Assembly: GCA_002633005.1 (NCBI GenBank)
Contig: NMRA01000410.1
Location: 151,977-215,976, forward strand
DNA: 64,000 bases
From: Phoronis australis
Taxonomy: Eukaryota > Animalia > Phoronida
Direction: 5' to 3'
Shown here: one piece after another, positions 25,201 through 38,729 of the stretch
Position numbering within the stretch: position 1 is the first letter of the stretch
Layout: each line of letters opens with the position of its first letter
Program-made: the position numbers and the translations under genes
Notes under the pieces: generated by a model
Seen by the model: only the letters and a program-made list of their open reading frames with translations
Databases searched by the model: none
What the model was told of the DNA's origin: nothing

Positions 25201-25326
25201 ATGTTTCATAGTACCAGACATACTAGTGGTTCACCCTCAAGTACGCCATCGTTGAGCACGTCCATGAAAACTCCATCAACATCTACAACACCCCCCCATG
25301 GGCGAAGCACACCATCTACGCCTAAG
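22255..25326 (+). CDS. CUB and sushi (CCP) multi-domain membrane protein (CSMD/SEZ6-like architecture), large coding exon
   Basis: ATG at 22255 follows in-frame stops and opens a signal peptide (MDYSLLPLVSFLLVSSGG). CUB motifs (G.I.SPNYP..Y.....C.W) occur five times, alternating with four sushi motifs (C..P....G.....Y.C..G...L.G.....C......W....P.C). A Ser/Thr/Pro-rich stalk follows. Donor AAG|gttggt, phase 0. Confidence 0.9.
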
Positions 25327-25861
25327 GTTGGTTTCTGAGTTGAACATTTATCTTGTTTTTCTATTCAGTAGGCGTTTTGGTTGTCATTCTTCAATATGTA
25401 AAAAAATTTACACTTGTATTTTAGAGCATGAAGATTTCACTCAACTTTTGCTTTGTTTAAGGGAGCTTGCATTCTATTTAGTTTTAATTGAAAATTCTCG
25501 GAGATTGGTTTAAATCCTGTTGCTTTGCATTTTTATAGCTTTGTTACCTCCTTTCAGTTATGACTGTTGCTGTTGATCTCACATTTGAATCCTTTTCTAC
25601 TGAATAGGTGTAAGGATAAGTCAGCAGTGATGGGGTCCAGACTCCTCATCGACATTTAAGCTTTTATAAAGCATGCAAGTTCTAGTTTTAAAAACATCAA
25701 CTTTATTCCAAGGGATACATGCTCTTCCAAAATAACTGCTAGAAATCTGAATAAGGAAACAGCTATTTGACTGATTTGATAACAAGTGGCCTAAATTAAA
25801 GATTTATTGTTCTTGTAACTGTATGATTCTAGTACAAGAAATATTTCTGACGATCTTTCAG

Positions 25862-26329
25862 TTACCAGTGGTGATACCTTCACAACAACCTTCACCGTCT
25901 ATTGCCAACACGAGTGGCGTTAGTGAAAGTTCATCCCAAGACAATGGTGTTAATGGTGGCGTCATCTCTGCTGCTGTCATTGTTCCCGTAGTCGCCGTTG
26001 TCCTTGGAATTGTGGGATTTGTATTGTGGTATCGTAAGAAGTACCCGGTTCGAATGACATTCAGACGCAGCTTCGGAAAGTTTTCCAACCCCGCATACGA
26101 CAATCAGAAATCTAAGCTAAGTCACAGTCTGAGTTTGGTTCGGGATCCTAACTCGCCATTACCAAATTTTAGTCCAGAATCGAACGGTTCAGTACCTACT
26201 AATAATGGCTATGCTAATGGCACAGGTGGACACACTAACGATGCATTTACTTTTGACTTTGAAACTGAAATCAACTGCAATGGCGATTCCTTCAGTCATA
26301 AGAATGGTGACACTAAAAGTGTAGCTTAG
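25862..26329 (+). CDS. CUB/sushi protein terminal exon: TM helix and cytoplasmic tail
   Basis: Acceptor tctttcag|TTA in phase 0. Hydrophobic VISAAVIVPVVAVVLGIVGFVLW followed by a YRKK stop-transfer. The tail contains FSNPAY. Joined product is 1179 aa. Confidence 0.88.
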   Translation, partial: LPVVIPSQQPSPSIANTSGVSESSSQDNGVNGGVISAAVIVPVVAVVLGIVGFVLWYRKKYPVRMTFRRSFGKFSNPAYDNQKSKLSHSLSLVRDPNSPLPNFSPESNGSVPTNNGYANGTGGHTNDAFTFDFETEINCNGDSFSHKNGDTKSVA

Positions 26330-29300
26330 ATCTCCATGATATTCAGTGCTCCTGATTTACATTTCCCGCAAGTTCTATAATTTGCCCCTCAAATTTATGT
26401 TACTGCTAGCCAAGAAATGTACAGTGGAATAAGCTACATGCCAAGAATTGTAGTGACAGTTGGCTTACATCAAAATTCAACTGCTGCTTGTTGGTTTGGT
26501 AATTGGAAATGGCCCCGTTATGTTGCTCTAACCCAGTCGCATTCATGAAAGGAACATGTTTCGGCACCATTAAACAAGCCATATTTTAGGTTGTAAAAGT
26601 CACATTTTTTCCGATTTTCAAAATTTAAATCCTAATCACGTAGTTTCTGCAATTCCTTAATTAATAATTTTTTGATTTACCCTATTCAGGACGTAGTCTC
26701 GACAGGAGTGGAAGCTGAAGGTTTACGACCATGACATTTGTCTTAAAAGTGCAGTTTCAAATGGTGCATGGTCTCCCTCCTATCAGCTGCAAACCATTGT
26801 TTTGGTGTAATGAAAGTTAAAGTTGTTTATGATTTGATTTTTTACAACAAAAATAGGGACGGAAGATTGTTGTATTCATGATTTGCGTATTAGAGATTGA
26901 CCTCAGCAGTAGCTGACAGTTTCCTTTATGCCAAATGAGAACTTTGGGGTAAACCTTTTGGAAAATGTCTAAGAATAAACTGATTGCAATGTGCAGTTGA
27001 AATATGTAACCAATCTGATTATATATGACGCTGATCTTTGTTCTCTGGTTTGATGTCTGATTAGCTATAATGTAGGTGTTTGTTCCTGGTTATTGACAAA
27101 TTTTGAGGAAACTCAGTACTCGTATAATTGTGTTTTGTTGAGTTGAGTTACGTACCTCTCCATCAAACCTCGAAAATGTCCAGTTTGTTTTTTAACCTAA
27201 TCAATCACGCGTATTTAACCAAGAAGTTGGTTCGAGTAATATGTTTTAACGAGAACAAATATGTTTATTAATAATAATTGAGGTGCTATATCATTTGCAT
27301 AATAAGGGCATATTAATTTTATCCTGTCATCAAATGTGGTGCCGAATAATTTGCATAATTTTTATATTTGTATTGTTTAGAGAAAATGTAATATTTTTGT
27401 GATTGATGCTGGTGCTAATCATATCTAAGTTTTTGCAGTTTGATATTAATGTGAATCCCAACACATCAACTGATATATCACAAGTGAGATGACATGTCGT
27501 TTCCAAAAAAGGTGCAAAAGCTGCAATTTATTTTGCAACCCATTATAACTTTGAAGAGTTGGATTATAGATTTTACAAACTATAAGTAAGTTTTTATGCT
27601 CAATTCCTTCTGTTTAGGGTACTGCAAGGGGATCGCAGAATGGTAAATGCCTGTGACAGCAATTTCTTTTGAAGGAACTTTGTGAAATTTGAAAGATCTG
27701 TTTCTGTGGAGTCAACAACAAACGTTAACAAGTGTCCAACCACTGTGCCCCCTAGTGGCAAAATGTTTTTACGGTTCTGCATCTTCAAGGTTCATTAATA
27801 TGTATTTTGAAATTCAGCAAATAGCTGTCTGATTAAGGAGACTGCAATGCCATCCCACTTCATACAGACTTAATGTTTCCTGAGCAATTAAAAAATTTTT
27901 GCCTATGTTTTTTACTTCTGCTTTCCAATCTGCCATACCACTCAAAGGATCATTGTAAAAATTGATGGTTGTTTTCCTGATGCAAAGATTTTGGGATGGT
28001 TTTGACCATGCTGGTGCTCACTAGGGGCAATTTTACATTTTGCTGTTTTTCTTAACCCTTTGAAGAACCTTTGCAAAATTTAGCAGATGGACTGCTATAG
28101 AGCTGGCAATAGACTACAAGAATACAGCTGTGCCCCCTAGTGCCAATTGTATTGTTATGATTTGTCTCTGTCTCTGAGGAGGTCATTGGCTTATTTTCGT
28201 GAAATTTGGCAAAGTAGCTGTGTATTGCTGAGACGTCACAACTTTCTCAATTCAGATGGGTTTGACACATTCTGCGTCATCTAATGGCCATTTTTATGAT
28301 ACTAAAAGCATCCATAAAAACACACCAATTGGGGTCCTGTCGTGGGCGCATTTCAACGCTCCACATTGCTTTTGCTGAAAGTTCAAGAACCCACAGAATC
28401 TAATTATTACTCCTCTATTCAGATTTTAGAGTTTCCATTGGTTTTCATGTCCATATAGCCTGGATACTTTCAAAACTTCTTTTTAGATTATCATCTGATA
28501 AGATGCACTAATTACCCTCACTACGTCACCCGGTGAATAGAGTCACTCTTTTGATGACTAGCCCCCTATTGAGAATGGAATGTGCTTAGAACCAGTGGGG
28601 CTGACCAGGTGACATTGGAGAAATTTTAAAGATTTCTCTAAACCGATCCTTATCTAGTTTAAAGAACATGCTTACAGCATCAGGAAATCTAGTTATACAT
28701 TTGAATTTTCAATCCTGGGTGATGTGTACTTGGTACACATAAGTTCTTTTTTTAGTTCGGAGAGTATTGTCTACATATCAACATATCATTAACAAATCAC
28801 ACAACTGTATGATTGCCTAATATGAATATTCTGTCTGTATGGATACTGAAGTCATGTTAATATATCCTGCCTTCAGACTGGGGCAAGATGTGAATCAAAT
28901 TTACGGCATTGAATCTAACCTCAGATGCAGTCCACCTCAATAGTACCAGATTTTGAGAACCAGTTGGATATATCCATTATTCATTGGAAGTTACTGGTTT
29001 TCGAGGTGCGAGACCACTGTAAGAGACTGTTACATAGGCCAATAAAAGTCATGCAAGTACTAAGTGATTTTGAAGACATTCTTTGAAACAGAACTTGTGA
29101 GCTGGCACGAATCATGTGGCCTTAATGATGAACGAGTTTCCTTTAACCATTTTGGGGATCAGAAATATTTTATAATGCTTCAAATTTGTATTGATAAGAT
29201 AATTTTGTAAGAATTGCAATCTTTAATATGCATCAATTTTTTTCCTTGTCGTGTCAATCAAGATTTTTGTCATCGCGAAATCCATTGATTTTGCTATATT

Positions 29301-32300
29301 TTTATATGGAGCAATATTGTTGTGCTTTACTTTGTTTAGCCAGATTTGTGATTTTGATGAATTTTGTCAGAAATTAAATCGTGGCTTTGATTTTATGATT
29401 TATATCATCATACATGGTTGTTCATAATTGTTTGTTAATATCAGAATAAAATTTCATGTAAAAAAAGTGATTTTGTAAAGTGGGTCTCTTAAAACGATTT
29501 ATATTTGCACCCAACCCAAATGTGTTTTGGATATCTGCTTACTGCAATGTCTTTGTTACTTTTAATCTTGTTGCTTACACAATCTGGAATTCATCAAGTT
29601 ATTACAAGAAATATCCATTCACACTTCCAGGTCATGGCATTTCCTGGAAAAATTGATATGACGTGAAGTAATTGATGCTTTATTCGTAAATTCTGTTGTG
29701 TGGTTTGCAAACAGTATTGTATGATTTAAAGTGTGAAGGATGGGCAGGTGTAAATTTTGTGTTTTGCCAAGTTTCATTTCAAACAATATACCAGAGAAGA
29801 GGTTAATTGCTTCAGGTTCAACAAGTGCCAACTACAAAAACAACACAATTTATTAACAAAACTAACATTATGCAGTGTGTACACAGCCATCTGGTGTTAC
29901 TAAATTTAAATTTTTTATCATGATTAACTGATTGTCACTCCCGCTATGATTTTCTACGGTTGTTGAATAAATTGCTATTTTAATCAACAAAACAAATACC
30001 AGTAAGTGGTTTGTGTTTACCGTATGCGTGCTTTCAGCAGCTTATACTTTAACTCTAAATGCATTTAGCACGATATGGGAGCTGGCAGTTAAATTCTATT
30101 TTGCCAAATTTCACATCAGCACAAATTTTACCTCATTGCTAGCTCGCTTTCCTATCTGTTTGCATCATGAATTACAGTTGGTAACATTTCCATTATTTGT
30201 AACTAAGCAACCGGTCTATGTTTATGAAAGTTGGAAAATGGCAATTTTGAAAATTATTGTTGTGCACAGTAAGTGACGAATTGTGACAAAAGTACAGTAC
30301 GAGCGTTCAGACAAAATAACACTAATTTCCCATCATGACTGCTGGGCAGAAGCCAAATTCAAAACCAGGAGAGTCTTCCCTTCGTGAACGAGAATGAATT
30401 AACATGATACGGTAGTTAGTAAGATGGCATAGCCATTGTGTTATTAGAATTCTCCTGTGCTAAAAGTTATTACCAATAATTTTTGCTGTTCACAGAATTG
30501 GCTGTCGCGAAAGTAAAACAGTATTTTATCTCGGTACTTCTGTCTTGTATGGTATATTCCATTTCTAAAAGCCAGTAAACTACATGCAAGTTGAAAAGCT
30601 GATGAAAAGCTTTTGGTACGTGTGACCTCGGTGTACAAAATATTTGTTGCTTTGGAAAATGACCTTGGTGTTTATATTCTGTCACAGTTTCAAAACTAGG
30701 GTAGATGAAAAAATAGAAAGCTTCAATATATGGGAAACATCTAGTCCTGATGGTCACGTGGGTTCAGTAAAATGGCAATTTTGATAATTCTTATGGTTAA
30801 TCATTCCGGTTACAAAAATAGGTGCTTTCATCACACAACAAAACATCCCATCAGTTAAGACTCTATGAGGCAGGATTACATACAGCAACTTCATTTTCTA
30901 TTAATGAAAATTGACATTTTATGAAAACACCCGTGGTGACATGTGACGGGTTAAGAAAACTGTTGATGTTTCAGTGTAGTTTAAAACGTCATAAATGAAG
31001 TTGATTGCAAACTGATCAAACATAATCTGTGTAACAAGTTTTGAATAGCATCCGTGAAAACACATGATAAAAATAAATGTAAAATGCACATTTCCTTCTA
31101 CCAATTACACGATTTTCCACAAAAACCACACAATGACTCGTAAACAGATTTTTCCAGATCAAAATGATAGCCTTTGGACTATTTCTTACATAACTAGCGC
31201 CACCTATTAGAAGTAAGAAAAAACTTTCAGTCACATTTCTCAGTGTTCTTGAAAGTTAAGTTTGCAAGGAATTGTCTGCATATGTACACTTATGACTAAC
31301 CAAGTAAAAAGCTTAAAACCATCATTCACCATGTTCTGACAGTGGCAGCATTGCAAGCATCGTTAAACTTTCCTTTGTGGCACAGAACATCAAAAAGAAA
31401 AGCAGCTTCTAATTGAAAGGTTCTTAGCTTCACGAACATTGAGTGTGGCATATGGTCTTACCCAAATAATCTAAGTACTCGCGTGATGGGTCTTGCGTTG
31501 TAAGACTCATAAAATCTCTAAAGATTACAACAAGTTCTCCTTCTAAACCCAGAACAGTGTAGAAATGATTCCCACGAAATCACGGTGTATGACTCGCATT
31601 TTAGGAATTTCAACAAAGACATCGACCTGTTCAACTTCATCAAAAGTGGGTCACACATCTGACCTCTTGAACTCGCCTTTACTTCTGGTAGTAAATCACA
31701 CAAAACTGAAGCCCTGGATCTCACAGCGAAATAAAATTTCTTTTGAATACCTTTGGTAATAGTAGAAGTCATCAGATTCAGTCAGACTTGCATGAAGAAA
31801 AATGTTGTGAGCCACTTGCACAAGGCAGGGAAATAAACAACAAAACCGCACGACAAAGCTGACATTTGTAATGCTCACTTTTATGAAGTTGAATGTTATT
31901 TTACATACACATTCTAGAGTAGTTACACCTTGGTAACTGAAGTGGGTAAGCGCGAAAGTATCGTAACAAGACTCATCAAAACTATAAGAGTAGATCATTG
32001 AGGCCGCCAGCATATTTTGTTCTACGGTCTTGTCTCACACGCGAGTTTGTTGTACAAATTTGTGCCATCTTCTTGGATGTCCGTCCCGTGGGAAAGTAAA
32101 AGGAGCCATAGTGGGCTCGAATACCGACATCACAAACGCAATGCCTGATCATTCCTTAGTTTACTTAAGAGACACAAGATTACTAGCAGCACTCTGACAA
32201 CTTTTCAATGACTAACAACGGGATTTGTTCTTCCCTCATCTGACATAATGACCAATGAATGCTCATAATTCAAGATCAGCTAATTTACATAGCATCAACT

Positions 32301-33039
32301 ATTGTCTGCGGGGGTTCTAATGTGTCGGCTGTTCGACTGGTGGGGTTGTTTTTCGATGTTTTTGATATGAAATTGGTGATTTTAAGCATTTCAATCAGAA
32401 ACAGACAGCACCACACAATGTCACTGAGAGGTCAGCATAAAATGCGGACATCAATGAAGTTGGTGAAAAACAATGACCATATCATTCCCCATAGCATTAA
32501 AAAAATATTTTTGATGGCAGGACTTTGACGTTCAAAATGAAATTGCCCACTTTTATAGGAAAAATTCTCCAGTTTGGAACAATGAAAAATTAATTATTTT
32601 GTTCAAGGTACTCGTACTAAATTTCAGAAACAGACAATATTGAACATCCCAAATTCAATAATTACGGTCAATGACAAACCATCATACTCCTCAGTGTTTC
32701 ATACTACGAGGGTGCAGCTATTTTTGATGATTTTATCAATTGACAAATCTATTTTCAGATCAGTTGTTATACAAATGCAGTTTCCAAAATTTGAGTAATA
32801 CGATGAATGCCAAAACTGACGGTGTCGCAATCTTTAGATCCAAGAAAATTCAATTTCTGCTTGAATTCCTATGTCCCAAATTTCAGAGATTGTCTTAAAC
32901 TGGAAAATTTTTACCACACTCGCTTCTCAACAAATAACTGGCTCAAAAAGATCCCACATAATATCTTATGTTCCCAGGGAACAGTTGAGTTGTCTTTTGT
33001 TAATTTGCAAAGGCTGGTGGAAGAAAATAATACGACAAC

Positions 33040-33316
33040 TCAAAATAAGTTAGTTTTCAACATGACTTTGATGAACTCTTCCTTGTCAATCATTCCATCA
33101 CCGTCAAGATCCGCCTCCAAAATCATCTCTTGCAGTTCATCTGTTGAAAATTTCAGCCGTGCCTCTCTGCAAGCTTCCTTCAAGTTCTCCATCGTAATTT
33201 TTCCGGATCTATCAATGTCAAACAGTTTGAATCCTTTCACGATCTCATCTCTCGCATCTCTGGCATCCCCCTGTTGGTCTATGACAATCTCGAGAAACTC
33301 ATTAAAATTGACCATT
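33040..33316 (-). CDS. Centrin-like EF-hand protein, exon 4 (terminal)
   Basis: Acceptor gtgtttcag|A. Encodes MVNFNEFL...FKLFDIDRSGKITMENLK...ELQEMILEADLDGDGMIDKEEFIKVMLKTNLF*: two canonical EF-hand loops and a centrin-type KTNLF end. Confidence 0.9.
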
Positions 33317-33603
33317 CTGAAACACAGCAAATGATTTCACTCATCACCAGAATTAGACATTACATAAGTAGTATATGTATGGCATATTTCGACTGTCAGC
33401 AAAAACGCAAGCCTCATTTTAGAGAACGATTAACATGTTGAGATCAAGCAGAATTTTCGAATCCCAAATTAGCATTTAACAGCAAAGTCTAGCGAAATGT
33501 TTAAAAAAAAAACTAAACATTGTCATAAAAGTTTTCCTTTCGTGCATTACTTTTGAGTGCATTTTGCCCAAAGTTCACATTAGCATGTAAAGCAAAAAGT
33601 TAC

Positions 33604-33711
33604 CCTTTATTTTTAATGTCATTGTCCTGAGTAATTTGCTTGGCTTCATCTTTGGTTATTTTGAATCCAATTGACTTCAAGCACCGCCGCAGTTCAATGT
33701 AGTTAATGTAC
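33604..33711 (-). CDS. Centrin-like protein, exon 3
   Basis: Acceptor ttgtttcag|G and donor GG|gtaact. Encodes YINYIELRRCLKSIGFKITKDEAKQITQDNDIKNKG (compare centrin ELKVAMRALGF). Confidence 0.88.
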
Positions 33712-33939
33712 CTGAAACAACAATTGAATGAGAAGGATTTGATACAAACTGGTCGAAGTAAGAGTTTACAATTCAGCAAAAGTACTCTGTGTTCTTTTTT
33801 CAGTGCCACACTGCACGTGGTCCATAGGCGATGCATCACAGGGGGCTGAGGGGGCTTTAGCCCCCACTTTTTTTCAGTGCTGCACCGGCCATGTCCATAC
33901 ATTTCCAACCGTGAAGAAATATCCGAGACAAAACCACTG

Positions 33940-34186
33940 ACTGTGGCTGATAAAGTGGGAGAATTTTGATCCCATCAGCCAGCGCCAAAAAACGAAAATA
34001 AATTAGTTAACTTAAACTAATCAGACAATGGGAGGGACTGACAGTAGAATTTTTTCCCCTGCTTTTAAAATAATGAGCCACCATCTAGTAATTGAATTTC
34101 TGTCCAACAAATCTGAGTCAAGATCACTCGGAAGCCACTTCCATCTCCTCGTTACTCTGGAAAGTGCCAAAGAAAAGACCCCTATT
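33940..34186 (+). repeat. Dispersed repeat family C, copy 1
   Basis: gctgataaag...aactaatcagacaatgggagg...tagtaattgaatttctgt...atctgagt...cccctatt matches the reverse complement of ~55955-56195. Confidence 0.7.
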
Positions 34187-34988
34187 CTTCTTGAACCTGG
34201 AAATCATTTACAGCTGGGTTAGAAACAAGATGGACCAGAATTTATATCAGTAAGTGGCCTAAATCAAAAGTTGACTTCAACAAAGAGCGCAACTTTATTC
34301 CCATACAAGTTCAATGTAGCACTGTTTAAATTTAAAATTTTTAGTCTAAGGTGGATCATAGCAGCTTTAACTAAATGTTAAACAGTGACACTACACACAA
34401 AGTGTCCACTCAATTTGGCGACATGCCCCCACATCTTCGTTGATGATCAGGTAAACATACCAGGCCAGTATGAACTAAGTACACATTCACGCACTCAAAA
34501 CACAACTGTAACAGGAAATAAACAGACAGAAGTTGGAATCATTCAGCAAAATCGCCGTAAAGGCCCCATCTATGAGTAATGCACAGGTGACGTGTGCCAA
34601 TCACAAGCTTCTTCTTTATGAAGTGAGTGTGCATTTAATATTCAGCGCGATACTTTTTCGCCATCAAGCACATGAGGCATTACCAACTTTCCGTTCAACT
34701 AAAAAAAATACAAAAAATCTGTTTGGTCAAGACATTTGCTCAGTTTAATCGTTGGTTTTTCACTTCAGGTATCCCATTTACTTCATTTTTGGTTATTCAT
34801 TGTTAGTAGGGGCCAGGACATTTGCAGGGACTAGGACATTCGCAGCCTCATGTACAAAGTTTTCTTGATTTGACAACCTTAGTTCTCACAAGGCAATTTG
34901 GGAATTTATCGTGTTCGCACTTGGCAAGTTGACATTACGCTAAGCATCGAGACCCGTTAGATGAAAAACGATAATATTACATTCTTAC

Positions 34989-35134
34989 CCATCACTGTTG
35001 GCATCAAAGGTTTCAAACACAAATCGCAGATCTCTGATTTCTTGAGGTGTCAGGTGTTCCAATATCTTATTGGTCACTTTAATGCCATGCACCTCTTTTT
35101 CATTAACTTCATGAGTAGTAAGAAGTTTTACAAG
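34989..35134 (-). CDS. Centrin-like protein, exon 2 (copy in first duplicate unit)
   Basis: Acceptor ttgtttcag|CTT and donor GG|gtaaga; 146 nt. Encodes LVKLLTTHEVNEKEVHGIKVTNKILEHLTPQEIRDLRFVFETFDANSDG, the start of EF-hand 1. Confidence 0.8.
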
Positions 35135-38100
35135 CTGAAACAAAATAATGCAACAGGTGTCATGGCAGAGGTTGACTATACCACAAGAGTATCTCAGATA
35201 TGTTGTGTATGCACTGACATTTTACACTATCTTATATTTAAAAAAAAAAAACACATTTTGCTCGTACCACAATGACAACTGGTACATATTCCATTGCAAG
35301 ATTCCCACATTTCATGATTCAAGATTCATCACACGCCCAGCATCAAAAAGCCACATCCTATCAACTGGCTGTGCTCAACTTATCGGGAGATGGTACCCAG
35401 GGGTCTTTGCTGAGATGACTAGATTACGTAATACTATAACAAAATCGCGCGTGAAAACACATAAAATTAAAAATGAAACAAAATGTGGCCAGTTAAAATT
35501 TTGAAGTCCGATCAATGACAAAAAATGTATGGGCAGTTACTTTTAAACAGTTAAAATGACACTTGAAAATGTTTTTCACATGCTGACTTTACTCACGTAT
35601 ACAGGGGTGTGACTGACATATGCAAGACGCTAGGGAAGTACTTGCAGCGAAAATCTCCTCTAATGAAATGGGAACAGACCAGCCATTTTACTAGCATACC
35701 TGTGAAACACTCGCCCTTTACAAATTATGAATGTTGGTTTGACTTTGTTACTATGTTTTCAGTAATTCGTCACAAAGCGAACCTAAAGTCTGAGTCAATT
35801 TTGCTTTGGCCAAGCTGCACATCATCTCCTAAAACATATCACAAAAAGTTTAACAGATGGAGCGTGCAAGTTTCACAAGCATACTGTTTCCAAGTCAGTG
35901 ACAGGCTGTTCTTTGTTACAAAATCTGGAATATAACACAAACAATAAAATATTGATTTTTCAATTAAACAACTGTCACTGGCAATGTGATTGTCAGTTGA
36001 TAATCATTTTATATGTACTTCTAGCATCCCGTCGTTAGCTCTTCATATTGATATAAGTTTCATGACACGGTGCTGAACAGAACTATCTAGAAACTTGTCT
36101 GAAATTTCAAGATCTACATAAAAATTGGAACGCATTGATTTCTAGCTTCATTTTCATACAGCTAGCTGGCTGGTAGACAGGTCTGTGCCATGGGTGGATC
36201 CAGGATTTTGAGTACAGGGGGCAGGGCATAGTATGAACCAGAATATTGCCCGTCAGACATTCGCACCCCCAAACTGCCAATTGAAATCTAGGAGAATTTT
36301 AGGTAGGGGTGTCATGGCCCATTTGGCCACCTTTTAAATCCGGCAGCACACGTCTCTTCTCGGCACAACCGACAGACAGGTGCCAGTGACCTATCCATAA
36401 CCCTAAGTAAGTTTCAGTTTGATCTCAAGCACATTGACTACAATGGAGTTCAGTCTTTAATTTCATTCACAGAACTATTCGGAAAACAATGTTGATTGCT
36501 AGAATATTTGTTCGATATAATTATACTGGCAAACCTCCAAACACTGCGCTTTACAAAGTGTGTGAGATACACACACAAAGACAATAAGTGCTTAACTATC
36601 CATGATTGCCTCAGTTCATATATTGCTGACTAGACAGTAGTATAACTAATAATGTAACCTAAATATTTTGGTAATTGTTGGATACATGGGTTCCTGATTT
36701 GAGAACCAGTTACTCCCTCTGAATAACACCTGCTATTCAGTGGTAGTAACTGGTTCCCAAACCAATTGTAAACCAGGGACCTATCCTTTTGACTTTTAAT
36801 TACCAATATTTTAATAGAAGGGGCACAACTTTTTATTCTGAATTTAATTAATTTTTAACATTTTTAAGGGATGAAGAAAAACAATGAAAGAAATGCAAAT
36901 CCATTTCCCAAACTTGTGACTTTTTGATTTAGGGCGTTTTACCACGATCAGAAATGTATGGAAAAGTAACGTCAAAGAGTGCGCCATAGTCTTTTTCAGT
37001 GTAGTTCTCCACATATGAACCTGTTTGACTCATCACTGCAACAAGTTTGAGATTTACCATGATCAATTTGGCTTCCTTTACATAGAGTTTGAAACCCATG
37101 CAACGAGTTCAATGTTTTGGGAGATTAGGACATTTTGGTCTTTTGGCACTCGAGTTCTATGCAATATTCCAAGGCTTACAATAACACATACACTCTCCAC
37201 ACTATGGATGGGTTTTCAACATACGTGAATTTTGCAATTCCAGTCGAGTTAGAATTTTCTGTAGTGGAGAAGATACTGTGCTTAATGCATTCATTTAATT
37301 CAGAAGAAACCAGTTATCCTATTCAGCGAAGCTTACCACAGCTTAACTATGGCTTTTTGATGCTGCGATGACTTCGTATATATCATGTAGGCCTACCAAG
37401 GATAACATATGGTGTGCCTTGTAACTGGCCCTAAAAATTAAATTTCATAATCGTATGTGGAATGGGAAGGATTTAAAAACTCTAAATGCCTCCAAAGTTA
37501 TTCAAAGGAATCCATTTACGTAGGCCTTCACTCGAAACTCCGAAAGGTACAAATTATTACCAATAACAAATATAACCAGACTCATAAGTTAGGGAGTCCA
37601 TATGATCTACACTAAAAATGTGCACATAATAATTAAACTATTAAACTTGACTNCCCCTGCTTTTAAAATAATGAGCCACCATCTAGTAATTGAATTTCTG
37701 TCCAACAAATCTGAGTCGAGATCACTCGGAAGCCACTTCCATCTCCTCGTTACTCTGGAAAGTGCCAAAGAAAAGACCCCTATTCTTCTTGAACCTGGAA
37801 ATCATTTACAGCTGGGTTAGAAACAAGATGGACCAGAATTTATATCAGTAAGTGGCCTAAATCAAAAGTTGACTTCAACAAAGAGCGCAACTTTATTCCC
37901 ATACAAGTTCAATGTAGCACTGTTTAAATTTAAAATTTTTAGTCTAAGGTGGATCATAGCAGCTTTAACTAAATGTTGAACAGTGACACTACACACAAAG
38001 TGTCCACTCAATTTGGCGACATGCCCTCACATTTTCGTTGATGATCAGGTAAACACACCAGGCCACTATGAACTAAGTACACATCCACGCACTCAAAACA

Positions 38101-38583
38101 CAACTGTTACAGGAAATAAACAGACAGAAGTTGGAATCATTCAGCAAAATCGCCGGAAAGGGACCATCTAAGTAATCCACAAGTGACGTGTGCCAATCAC
38201 AAGCTTCTTCTTTATGAAGTGAATGTACATTTAATATTCAGAGCGATACTTTTTTGCTATCAAGCATATGAGGCATTACCAACTTGATGTTCAACTAAAA
38301 AAATACGAAAAATCTGTTTGGTCAAGACATTTGCTCAGTTTAATTGTTGGTTTTTCACTTCAGGTATCCCGTTTATTTCATTTTTGGTTATTCATTGTTG
38401 GGGGCCAGGACATTTGCAGGGACTAGGACATTCCCAAACTCATGTACAAAGTTTTCTTGATTTGACGACCTTTTTAGTTCTCACAAGGCAATTTGGGAAT
38501 TAATCCAGGTCCCACTTGGCAAGTTGACATTACGCTAAGCATCGAGCCCCGTTAGATGAAAAACAATAATATTACATTCTTAC

Positions 38584-38729
38584 CCATCACTGTTGGCATC
38601 AAATGTTTCAAACACAAATCGCAGATCTCTGATTTCTTGAGGTGTCAGGTGTTCCAATATCTTATTGGTCACTTTGATGCCATGCACCTCCTTTTCATTA
38701 ACTTCATGAGTAGTAAGAAGTTTTACAAG
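38584..38729 (-). CDS. Centrin-like protein, exon 2 (copy in second duplicate unit)
   Basis: Same splice sites and peptide as 34989-35134. The three differences seen are all synonymous. Confidence 0.8.

Noticed and set aside
22153-26103. Numerous short ORFs overlapping or antisense to the CUB/sushi gene
   Set aside because: Shadow frames of a long real coding sequence.
32807-33334. 175-aa + strand ORF
   Set aside because: Antisense shadow of the centrin-like terminal exon and its 3' flank.
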